From NCBI RefSeq assembly GCF_000143415.4, contig NW_003314295.1, positions 1,597,950 through 1,661,949 on the forward strand: 64,000 bases of DNA. The letters run 5' to 3'. The stretch comes from Selaginella moellendorffii (Eukaryota; Plantae; Lycopodiophyta). Of this stretch, positions 24,286 to 34,703 are shown piece by piece. How positions within the stretch are numbered: position 1 is the stretch's first letter; each line of letters starts with the position of its first letter. Position numbers and translations under genes: made by a program. The notes under the pieces are model-generated. The model was not told where the DNA came from. It worked only from the letters and a program-made list of their open reading frames with translations, and did no database searches.

Positions 24286-25210
24286 CGCAGTGTGGGGAGG
24301 AGAGCATGCACATTAAAATTTATAGCCCTGGTGAAACTAAGCTTTGTCACAAAGTAAGGATTTGGCATTGCTACAACTCCCAACACCACATTCATGCAAA
24401 AGGACAAAGCCAAGATAGGTTAGCAAGTGGTCCTACTCTTGTCTTGTGGTATGTAAATAACTGAGAAAATTCAAAGGATGATACAACATATGACATGTAT
24501 ATCAAAAGTGAGCCTGGTGGTAGATATCACGTCTAATACAAGAAGATCTCAATTTGTTTAAAATATATAAATCTTCTCAAACAAACTAAATTGCATTGCA
24601 TGCATGTCTTGAACACTTCATATATATATGGGCTGCTCTAAAAGGATTGTTGATTCGTGCAGTTCGTACACCTCTTTCAAAGAGTGAATCTTACAAGATC
24701 AGAACCCTAAATTCTCTGCCACGTGGCACACATTTGGGCAGACCAAAAGCAAAACCAGAAAAGAACGAAGAGAACTGAGGCAGTGTGGGGAGGAGAACAT
24801 GCACCTTGCAATTTATAGCCTTGGTGAAACTATGTAATTCATCATCACAAAGTAAGGATTTGGCATTGCTACAGTTCCAACACCACTATCTTGGCTTCCG
24901 GTGGCCATCTCTGCTGGCATACTCGGTATGTAAATAACTGAGAAAATTTAAAGAATTATCGGTACAACATGTGGTGAGCTATATGACATCTATATCAAAA
25001 GTGAGCGTGGTGGTAGACTCCTTGTGCAAGTGGAAACGTCAAGGCTGCGGAACACAAATGTGGGTGCCAAACAATACAAGAAAGAAGATTTGAATTTGTT
25101 AAAATATATAAATCTTCTTAGACGAACTAAATTGCATATTGCATACACGTCCTGAAGTGTATGCATATTGCATACACTTCACATATATATGAAGTGATAT
25201 AAGGATTGTT
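24286..25210. repeat. Diverged tandem duplication (~24286-24660 and ~24780-25210) with a PPR 3' fragment between the units
   Basis: GCAGTGTGGGGAGGAGA and CACAAAGTAAGGATTTGGCATTGCTACA repeated; 24665-24700 matches the PPR gene at ~25342-25380. Confidence 0.75.
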
Positions 25211-25265
25211 AATATCCATTAGACAATACTAAAGCTAGAATTTATTCTGATAAGGTTTTGTGGGT

Positions 25266-27179
25266 TTACGTAATTACAGTGCTTAGAAAGACCAAGGATC
25301 CATCGTGCGTGGGATCCAGCTCCAGAATACTTTTAGCAACACGTACACCTCTTTCAAAGTCAGAGTGAATCTTACAAGATCCAAGCAGTGCTCCCCGCAC
25401 CACGATGCTTGGAGGGAAAGGCGAAAAATTAATCAACACCTCCGCATCTTCTAGCCTTCCAACACGTCCCAGAAGATCAATCACGCAGGAAAAGTGTTCC
25501 GCAACAGGTGCTAGCTCGTAGTCGGAGAGCATCGCCGTGAAGTAGTGGCAGCTGGAACTTACAAGTCCTGCATGGCTGCAAGCAGCAAGAACGCTCACGA
25601 AAGCCACCGCATTTGGGGTCACTGCTTCGAGCAGCATTTGGTGGAAGAGATGGATGGATTCTCGAGTGCGGCCGTTCTGGAGGAGAGCTCCCAGGAGTGT
25701 GTTCCAGGTAACCAGAGCAAGCTGCGGCATTCTCTCAATCATTTCGATGGCTCTACTCAGCTGCCCGTTCTGGACGTAAGCTCCGACCATGGAGTTCCAC
25801 GTTACCTCGTTCCGGCTGGAGATCCCATCGAAAGTTCTCTTGGCATCGTCGCAGTAGCCGTTCAGCGAGTACCCCGCGAGCAACATGTTCCACGATGCGA
25901 TATCAACTTGGAGCATTCTTTCAATGAGCTGCCTCGCTTCCATTAAGAGACCACTCAGCGTGTAGAGCTCCACGAGCGCAGCACAGGAGCTCGAGCTCAC
26001 AAGAGGCATATTTTGAAACAAAACTGCGGCTTCCTCGAGCACCAAATTTCTACAGCACTCCAAAACCACGATGCTCCACGAAGACGCGGTTCGATGTCTC
26101 ATTTCCTTGAAGAAATACAATGCCTTGAGCAGCTCACCATTCTGGGAATATCCCACCAGCATTGTATCCAAAGTCACCTCATCTCGCAGGGGCATTGTCT
26201 CAAGGAGCCTCTCGGCCTTGTCCGTACACCCGGCGAGCGTGTACGTCGCGAGCATTGTGTTCGCGGCCACGACGTCCATCATTGGGATCTTGCAAAGGAA
26301 AATATCCTCCGCCTGTGCAAAGTCTCCATGGCAGGAATATGCCTGGATCATGGCTGTCCAGGAGAAAACGCTCCGTGAGGGGCTCGTCTCAAACATGAGC
26401 TTGGCGTCCTCCACATGCCCGGCCATGGCATATGCCAAAAGCATCACGTTCCAAGGGACGAGAGTCCAACAAGGCATCTTGTAGAAAAGAAGTTTTGCCT
26501 CTTCAAGATGCCCAAGATCCGCATATACGTGCACCATTTCGGTCCATGTCACAACGTTTCTCTCCAGCATCGAGTCGAAAACTTTGAGAGCCTCTTCAAT
26601 CTGGAAACATGCCGCGTAGCAGCTGATCATGACCGTACACGTTACCACATTGATCTCCGGCATGGAATCAAAAGCCTCCAATGCCATGTCAAAATTCCCG
26701 CTTTGGGTATATGCAGCTAGCATCGAAGTCGACGTGATTACATTCCACATTGGCATCCGACCATAAATCTGCTGGGCCACCTCCACTTTCCCTAATTCCG
26801 CCAGTGGCTGGATCATCGACGTCCAAGAAGCAACGCTTCTCTCACCCATAGCGTTGAAAGCTTTCCACGCGGAATCCAAATGCCCAGCCTTGGCATATGC
26901 TGCAAGCATGACATTCCTCGACACAAGATTAGGGCAGGGCAGAGAATCGAACAGCAAGCTCGCCTCGTTTAAACGACCATTAGCGGCAAAAGTTGCCATG
27001 ATAGCCGTCCATGAAACCACGTCTTTTTGCGGCATTCTATCGAAGAGATTCTTGGCGCTGGACAGATCCCCATTTAGGGCAAATGCCTGGAGCATCATGT
27101 TCCACGAGTAGAGGTTTCGATCTCTGGCGCGCTGGAACACGGCGAATGAATCGGCCGCGCTGCCGCATTTGCCATACAT
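25266..27179 (-). CDS. PLS-class pentatricopeptide repeat protein (S/SS-rich, truncated E domain, no DYW), intronless
   Basis: MYGKCGS start, repeated F(D)xMPxxNVVSW(T/N)xMLxAY motifs, E region GALLGSCKIHSD; frame is open upstream to ~27341. Confidence 0.9.
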   Translation of the reverse strand: MYGKCGSAADSFAVFQRARDRNLYSWNMMLQAFALNGDLSSAKNLFDRMPQKDVVSWTAIMATFAANGRLNEASLLFDSLPCPNLVSRNVMLAAYAKAGHLDSAWKAFNAMGERSVASWTSMIQPLAELGKVEVAQQIYGRMPMWNVITSTSMLAAYTQSGNFDMALEAFDSMPEINVVTCTVMISCYAACFQIEEALKVFDSMLERNVVTWTEMVHVYADLGHLEEAKLLFYKMPCWTLVPWNVMLLAYAMAGHVEDAKLMFETSPSRSVFSWTAMIQAYSCHGDFAQAEDIFLCKIPMMDVVAANTMLATYTLAGCTDKAERLLETMPLRDEVTLDTMLVGYSQNGELLKALYFFKEMRHRTASSWSIVVLECCRNLVLEEAAVLFQNMPLVSSSSCAALVELYTLSGLLMEARQLIERMLQVDIASWNMLLAGYSLNGYCDDAKRTFDGISSRNEVTWNSMVGAYVQNGQLSRAIEMIERMPQLALVTWNTLLGALLQNGRTRESIHLFHQMLLEAVTPNAVAFVSVLAACSHAGLVSSSCHYFTAMLSDYELAPVAEHFSCVIDLLGRVGRLEDAEVLINFSPFPPSIVVRGALLGSCKIHSDFERGVRVAKSILELDPTHDGSLVFLSTVIT

Positions 27180-27413
27180 CTCGACGAGGAGATTGGATAG
27201 GTAAGAACCGTGTCGGCGATCGATCCCGCGCCCATGGATCGCGCAATTCAGGCGTTGAGCTTGGCGGAGATCTCTGGCATTCCCGCAGGATCGGATGAGG
27301 CGAGCGAGGTGCTCTATCGCCGCCGCTGCCAGATCTTCTCTTCATCCCAAGGAGAAGTGGAAATATTTTGGGGGAGAAATCGTCAAGCCCTAGAACAGAG
27401 GGTTTGATTGAGG

Positions 27414-30400
27414 ATGCTGGAGAAGATTGGACTTCCGCCCAGGCCGTCTGCGCGTGGCCGGACCTGGGTGGTGGATGCGTCGCACTGCCAGAACTGCGCC
27501 TCGCCTTTCTCGATCTTCAATCGCAAGGTATGGATCTAGAGATTGACGACGATTTCTCATCGCATTGTGGCTTCTAGCATCAGTCGCGAGTTTTTCTTTC
27601 TTAGTGTAGCATTGCGAGCTCTGAGCTAGAATTCCAGCGATCAAGATCTTTTGCTCCTGTTGTTTGCATGCCTTGCATTTATTTTCGTGGCGACTGTTTT
27701 CCTTTGGTTCTTGGTGGCATTTGCGATGATCTTCTCATCTCTTTTTTCACAGCACCATTGTCGGAGATGTGGAGGCCTTTTCTGTGGCAACTGTGTCCAA
27801 TCCAGAATGTATCTCCGCGGCCAAGGAGACGCTCCAGTACGCATTTGTGAGCCTTGCAAGAAGCTAGAAGAAGCCGCTCGCTTCGAAGCTCGCCAGGGAC
27901 GCAAAAAGAAAGGTGGGCAAACATCGTGTTCTTCCTGACGAGAACTAAACTTTTTGCTTCTAAGCAGTAGAGGAAACCAGTGATGAAGAGGACTTACTAA
28001 AGGCTCTTCTCGTAAACAAAGAATCGGAACCTGCTACCTCGGAACCAGTCTCGCCGGAAGCTTTGCGACAGCAGGCGCAGGAGGCGAGAGCTACATATTC
28101 TGCCTTGAAAAAGGAAGGGAAGGCCGAAGATGCAACCAAGGCCTTCAGGCGTGCCAAAGAACTCGAACGGCAGGCTGATGCGTTAGCATTGTTTCTTCGT
28201 AGAAACGTTAAAAAGGCTTCAAAGGCTAGCAGTGCCACTGAAGAGAATACTTTGCAAACAACGAAGTCCGAGAACTTTGGAAAGACTGTTGGTATGTCTT
28301 CCGAAAGGCCATCGAGAAGAAGCACAGGTGACGAAGATCTTATGAAGGAGCTTAGAGATCTTGGCTGGTCGGAGGACCTGGATAGGAAAAAGGCCTCTGA
28401 CGCAGACATACTGAGCGAAGGCGAGCCTACTTCAAGCACCGCAGCTGGAACACTACAGATGGAAATTCTTGGTCTCAAAAGAAAAGCATTAGCTCTCAAA
28501 CGGGAAGGAAAGATGGCAGAAGCGAAGGAGGAGCTCAAGAAGGCCAAAGTTCTGGAGAGACGGCTGGAAGAGATCCAAACTCTAGGTGAAGATGTATTAG
28601 ATGAAGAGGAGGAGGACGACGGGGATGAAGTTAGCGCGGTTTTGAAAGCCTTGGAGAAAGAAGTGGATACGAAGCACAAAGGCTCTGGGAAGGAAGTTCC
28701 ACTTTCTGCTGCTAGTCTTCCAGTCTTCACCGAGGAAGACGAGGCACAAGTTCACGTAAGCGATACGGACATGTCCGATCCAGATATGATCGCGGCGTTA
28801 AGGGCCATGGGCTGGGCTGAGGAAGCCGGAGTCCTGGAAAGTTTCAGCGCTCCGAGGACTGACCGCATCAATAAACAGGAGCTCCAGGCTGAAATTCTAC
28901 GTCACAAACGCGAGGCCTTGGCTCTCAAGCGTGCTGGAAAGATGGCGGAGGCTCGAGACGAGCTGAAGCAAGCAAAGACCTTGGACCAGATGCTGGAGGC
29001 GTCACAAGTTCCAAAGCCCGAGGCTATGACGGAGGATGATGAGCACGTCGAGGTCAGCTATCAAGATATGCAAGATCCAGAGATGCTAGCAGCGCTGCAA
29101 GCGTTGGGATTCAGCGAGCCGGATATGAAGAAGGAAAAGCGCGCTCTGGAGGAAGAAGTGAGTGCTGTTAAGTGGTCAGCAGCTGCAATGCAGTCGCGAG
29201 AACAGGCAAAACACCAGACGGATCAGGCCGCCTTGAAACCGATGAAAATCCCAGCGACAACATCCTACATTATCGACGACGTTGACGATACTGGCGAGGC
29301 ACTCACCATCCAAAGCTTAAAGTCCGATCCAGAACTTGCTGCTGCTTTGAAAGGGATGAACCTGGATGGCGAGGTTGGAGAACTTCCACCGTCGCACGCA
29401 GAAGCTGTAGACACACCTCAAAGACGGCCGAAACCGAGAGCTATACCTACCATGCAAGAACTACCGCAAAGAAGCAAGCGTGAGATTCAGAAGGAACTCC
29501 TTGGTAGAAAGAGGAAGGCGTTGGCTCTGAGGCGTGAAGGGAAAGAGGACGAGGCTGAGAAGGAACTCAAGGACGCCAGCGTTCTAGAGGCACAACTCAA
29601 GGCTCTGGAAGATGCGGAGAGACCTCCAGTTGATGTTCATGAGAACGAAGAAGTTGACGAGGATAACACCGAGCAGGCCGAGGTAACCGACGAGGACATG
29701 AATGATCCTGCTATGCTGGCCGCTCTGAGCGAGATGGGATTCAAAGGGGAGGTATCTACAAAAGCTAACGATAAGAAAGAAGAAGCAACACGGAGAGAGA
29801 GTTCTTTCGAAGGCGAATACGGAGAAATTGGCCTTCTGGTAGACATTGTTCCTCCGTTATTCTCGAGAGCTACACACACACCACCAGCCGCTCCCGTGAA
29901 CCAACACCAAGACCTCCTCACTGGCGATATATTCGTACCATCGGTTCCCGAGAAGAAGACTATAGAGCCCCCGGCAGTTCTAGCAGCAGCGCAGCCTCCA
30001 GTGCCAAGCACGAACTTGAACTTGAACGTGCCTTCATCGAGCATCGAGCAGGAGATTCTGGAGCACAAAAGACGAGCTTTACAGTTCAAGAGATCTGGAA
30101 ACGTAGCTGCTGCCAAGGAGGAGCTCCGACAAGCCAAACTTTTGGAGAACCACAGGCAAGCAGTGGCTGTGGAGGAGGTTCCAGTTCCACGTCCAAGTGG
30201 AGCAGCACCACCGAAAGATAGCAGCCGGATCTCTCCTCCAGCCACAGGTCAGGCACCTCGCTCGAAGGACAGGATGAAGATACAGCAAGAATCTCTTGCT
30301 CACAAAAGAAGAGCCTTGGCACTGAGGAAAGAAGGCAAGATGGACGAGGCCGAGGCCGAGTTTGAGAAAGCAAAGGCTCTGGAGAAGCAGATGGAAGAGA

Positions 30401-30717
30401 TGGACCCTCCATCTCGAGTTCCGGGTTTGCAAGCGAGCGCTATGGACGGAGTGGAAGATCTTTTGGATCCACAGCTTCTGGCAGCTCTCTCAGGTCTTGG
30501 CTGGCAGGATGAGGAGATGAAGCTGCCGTCCTCTCGATCTCCTCAGCAGCAACAGCAGCAACAGAAGCAAAGCAGCTCCTCGCCATCGCAAGAGCTGCAA
30601 GATCGAGTGCGAAAGCTAAAAGTCCGTGCTGTGGAGCTCAAGCGAGCTGGAAGGCAGCAGGAAGCGCTGGAAGTTCTTAGAGAGGCAAAAGCTCTCGAGA
30701 ACAAAAACAAAAGCTAG
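27414..30717 (+). CDS. FYVE-domain protein with DM14-like helical repeats (FYVE4-like), 3 exons
   Basis: MLEKIGLPPRPSARGRTWVVDASHCQNC...RKHHCRRCGGLFC...VRICEPC FYVE finger; repeated KRKALALKREGKMAEAKEELKKAK. Confidence 0.9.
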
Positions 30718-30855
30718 CAAAACTCTAGTATGGGCTGGCATATTCATTTTGGCATCAAGCCAAAAGATTCTCTGAATATACTAAAACGGCAACAGCTTTC
30801 TCTATGACTCGGCTTCTATATAAAACATTGACAATTCACCCAAGGTGTGGTTGAG

Positions 30856-31060
30856 ATGAGGAGCATGTATTTCTTACTAATTGCTAGCCTTCTGTGGCTA
30901 GTGGTTGATTGCGGTAGATTAGGTTATATTGCTGGTAAGCTACACCCATTCAACTCCTTATTTCCAGGTGTACACCGGCAATGTGGCCCAGCCTATTTCC
31001 AGGTGTACACCGGCAATCGCCGCCTTGTTCACTTGTGCTTCCTGATTAATATTCCAAGAG
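30856..31060 (+). pseudogene. Paralog (probably degenerate) of the small secreted-protein gene at 3695
   Basis: MRSMYFLLIASLLWLVVD...G|GTAAG exon and GVHRQCGP exon with an internal duplication (TATTTCCAGGTGTACACCGGCAAT x2). Confidence 0.45.
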
Positions 31061-32336
31061 TACTCTTTTTTCTTTTCTTTCTTTCTCCTCGTAATTACGT
31101 ACGAGAAACAGTCATCTTCATCTTGTGCATTTTTGCTGTTTATTTTGAGAGAGCTATAACGCGAGCACTCCTCTTTGCGATTCTGTGAGGTTTCCGGCCA
31201 GCTGAGAGCTGCTTGCTCGGTTCTTGCGGCAGATTGCAGATCAGTAGTGCGATTGTATAACAAGAAAGAAAGAAAGACAACATGCCCCTTTCTCTAAGGC
31301 TTAATTAGACTCTTGTTTCGACTGCCGTTTTCGTTTTGAGGATGATTTTCACAGCCATGGCGTATGGTCTTCCTTCCTGGTACAGCATGACATTGATATG
31401 GAATGGCCAGGATTGAGCTAGACTTCACATGAACATGAATGGAGATGAGTGAAGCAGTAGAGGACACGATCATGAATACGGTCAGAAAAACTGACGGAGT
31501 TATTGAAGTTTGTTTGGTTCCTACAAAGAAGACTTTTGCGCATTTCTCTTCAATATTTTAGAGGTGCAAAATTGTTTTTGTTGAGAGCACAAGGTGGGAG
31601 TCAGGGGTGATGATGTGAGCTGTAGCGGTGCTCGGCCACCCGCCTGAAATTTGCCCCACATTATCAGTCCAACTCTTACTGGTGAAAGGATCAGACCAAT
31701 CTTAGATTATCCTAGCAGTGTTGAGGTAAAAACATATTTGATCCGAGATGATCCAAGCAAAGGTGGCACCGATCAATGCTGACAACTACAAGTCGTGTAA
31801 ATACATCCTAATTGCTGATTGAGATCTTTCGCCTAGGTTTGGCATACATTCGGCCAATTCATCATGCCAGGAGAAAGACGCACAAAGATAGCCAAGACAA
31901 ATCCAGAGGTGAGGAGGTATCGAAAGATTTCTTATATTTGTTTGAAGAGGGAACCCATTGATTGTGTAGCCAACACAAGGGAGGAGCTGGTGAACCGTAA
32001 TCTAATTCTTTTTGGGTGAAATTCTCTTAATGTAACCACTCAAATCTCTTTGCAACTCTCTGAGGTTTTCTGCCAGCAGAGAGCTGCTTGCTCGGTGCTT
32101 GCTGCAGATTGCAGATCAGTAGCCTGATTGACTTTACAAGAAAGAATTAGACAGGAACAAAACAACATTTCCCTTTCTTTGTTTCATGACTGTAGCTTCT
32201 TTGCTTACCTGGGCTTTCCTTGTTCAAAGCAGAGCAGGCTAGCATCTCTTGTAAAGAGAGGAAAATTTTGAAACAAGAGATTCTAGCCTGCTCTGCTTTG
32301 AACAAGGAAAGCCCAGGTAAACAAAGAAGCTACAGT

Positions 32337-33437
32337 TGTTGAGGTATACGCTCTCTATGACATGATCCTAGGTGGCAGGAGTGCCATTTCATTGATCCAG
32401 GTGTAGGCTAGAGGTGTGTCTCTTCATCATGTATATATAGCTATGATATATATGACTATACTGGGAGTCATCCACCATCATGTAGCTTCCGCTCTTCTTC
32501 TCTTCATGGTATCGGAGCCCTGAGGGCTTCAGATCCTAGGACGATGGCGCTGGCCAAGGAGGAGGCCAGCGAGGATGACGATGAGCCACCAGACGTGGCT
32601 GAGAGGTGCCAAGATTTGGCACTGTGCTGCATTGAGCGCCAAGGTAACGGCACTAGCAAGCTGAGCAAGGCGCTAGGGTGTGATCGAGCAGAGACTGGCC
32701 CGGAGGCACTGGCAGAGGTGCTGAGAGAGGGCTGGCTTGAGGCACCGAGTGGTACTGGAGTGCTGAGTGAGGCGCTGGAGAGCAGCCGAAGGCGCTAGCA
32801 GAGGCGCTGAGAGGAGGCACCGAGCAGAGACTGCACTAGGGCGCTGAGCAAGGTGCTGAGAGGCGGAGAGACTGCACTAGGGCGCTGAGCAAGGCGCTGA
32901 GGCGCTGGCACAGGCGCTGAGAGAGGGCTGGCGTGAGGCACCGAGCACAGGCACGAGCAGATAGGCACTGGCAGAGGCGCTGAGAGAGGAGAGACTGCGA
33001 TCAGAGGCCGTGAACGAGGCGCTAGGGCGTGCGAGGCCTCGTAGAGACTCACCAGAGGTGAGTGCCGGGCCTAGAGGCACGAGGCACCGAGGGCTGGCCA
33101 AGCAGAGACTCCACTGGAGCGCTGAGTGAGGCGCTGCTGTGAGAAGGCATTGGCAGAGGCGCTGAGAGGAGGCACTGAGCAGAGACAGATTTCTGTCGTG
33201 GATATGACAGAGTGCTTGGATGCAGAGGGAGAGTGATCTCAGATTCATGTCATCGAGATCGAGAGGGAGTGTTGAGGTATACGCTCTCTATGACATGATC
33301 CTAGGTAGCAGGAGTGCCACTTCATTGATCCAGGTGTAGGCTAGAGGTGTGTCTCTTCATCATGTATATATAGCTATGATATATACGACTATACTGAGAG
33401 TCATCCACCATCGTAGCTTCTGCTCTTCTTCTCTTCA
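32337..33437 (+). mobile_element. Non-autonomous miniature LTR retrotransposon (TRIM-like): LTRs 32337-32506 and 33270-33437
   Basis: TG...CA LTRs of 170/168 bp, PBS TGGTATCGGAGC at 32507-32518, PPT GAGAGGGAG at 33261-33269, non-coding GC-rich repetitive interior. Confidence 0.92.
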
Positions 33438-33439
33438 TG

Positions 33440-34703
33440 TGTTATGAAATGGGGACTCCCAGCCTTGTGAGTGCAGCAGCGCTCCATGCTGGGTCCACCT
33501 TTATTGCGGAAGACAGATCAAGAACAGAATGTGTTGGGCGTGATCACCTACAGAACCTAAACGGATGTGTCCCTTCTGCTGACGTGGCATCCCAGCTTGA
33601 GATTGCGGCTTAAGTCCTCAACACTCCCACTCGAGCTAAGTTGGGGTCAGCCTCGAGCAACTGCACACCAAGAGCTTGGACATGCTTGGAGAATGCAGCT
33701 AGGGGCAGAGCTTTTGTGAAAACATCTGCCACCTGATCTCCCGTCGCACAATACACTAGCTGTATGTGCTTGGTACGTCCGTGATACTTCGGGTTCTTCT
33801 TGGACTTGCTCCCACTGGTTCCATTAGTTCACTGGGCCCAACCTGTCCCACACTGTTGCAGATCGCTTGCCCTTTGAAGATTGACCAGCAAATAGTGCTT
33901 GATCTTGAGATCCAACTCCCTCATTGGTCTCCATCAAGTTCTCTGCTGACTTCAACTGAAGGACCATTTGTCAAATTTCTTTGACGAGTGAGTAGTCGCT
34001 GTTGTCAGAAGATACTTCGCCACGCCTTTGATGACAACCGACTTGAGCTTCGGTTCACTCACTGGTGTCTTCGTGATGCGTGCGATCTGGCTTGCTACCT
34101 TCCTCAACCTTCCAACAAAGGCTTGAATGGACTCACCTTCATGCTGTCTTACAGAACCGAGTTCTGTCTCTAAGTCCAGCAATGTGGTCTCATTCTCCTT
34201 TCCGAGGGTTGCTTTCAGGTTTTCCCAGTTCTCGTGCGCAGTCTTCGTGATGTCGAGATGGCAACTGAACACCTTGCCCAGGCCTCTGCCTAGAATGCCC
34301 AAGGCCTTGATGTTCTTTCCATCCCACTCTTTGCAGTCAGCCTTGTCCGTTGTGGGAGGGCGCGTCCAGGAACCGTCGACCACTGGCCACAGCTCCTTCT
34401 GCATAAAGTAGTACTCGAGTTGCTCCTGCCATCTGCTGAAATCCTTGCCATCAAAGATCTCTATGGCGTCGCACACACTCCCCATCTTCAGGATCGTTCT
34501 TCACACGGGCTCCGATACCATGTTATGAAATGGGGACACCCAGCCTTGTGAGCGCAGCAGCGCTCCATGCTGGGTCCACCTTTATTGCGGAAGACGGATC
34601 AAGAATAGAATGTGTCGGGCGTGATCACCTACAAAACCTAAACGGATGTGCCCTTCTGCTGACGTGGCATCCCAGCTTGAGATTGCGGCTTAAGTCCTCA
34701 ACA
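33440..34703 (-). mobile_element. Internally deleted Ty1/copia LTR retrotransposon: LTRs 34521-34703 (5') and 33440-33623 (3')
   Basis: PBS TGGTATCGGAGC (34509-34520, minus), gag ORF 33952-34485 (FDGKDFSRWQEQLEYYFMQKELW), RNase H tail (RTKHI...DQVADVFTKAL), purine tract before the 3' LTR. Confidence 0.92.

Noticed and set aside
27960-30432. Long minus-strand ORFs inside the FYVE gene
   Set aside because: Antisense shadows of a Glu/Lys-rich exon.
32544-33248. ORFs and short GC-rich repeats in the TRIM interior; possible CRISPR-like array
   Set aside because: Low-complexity irregular repeats with no constant repeat-spacer period and no protein motif; eukaryotic context.
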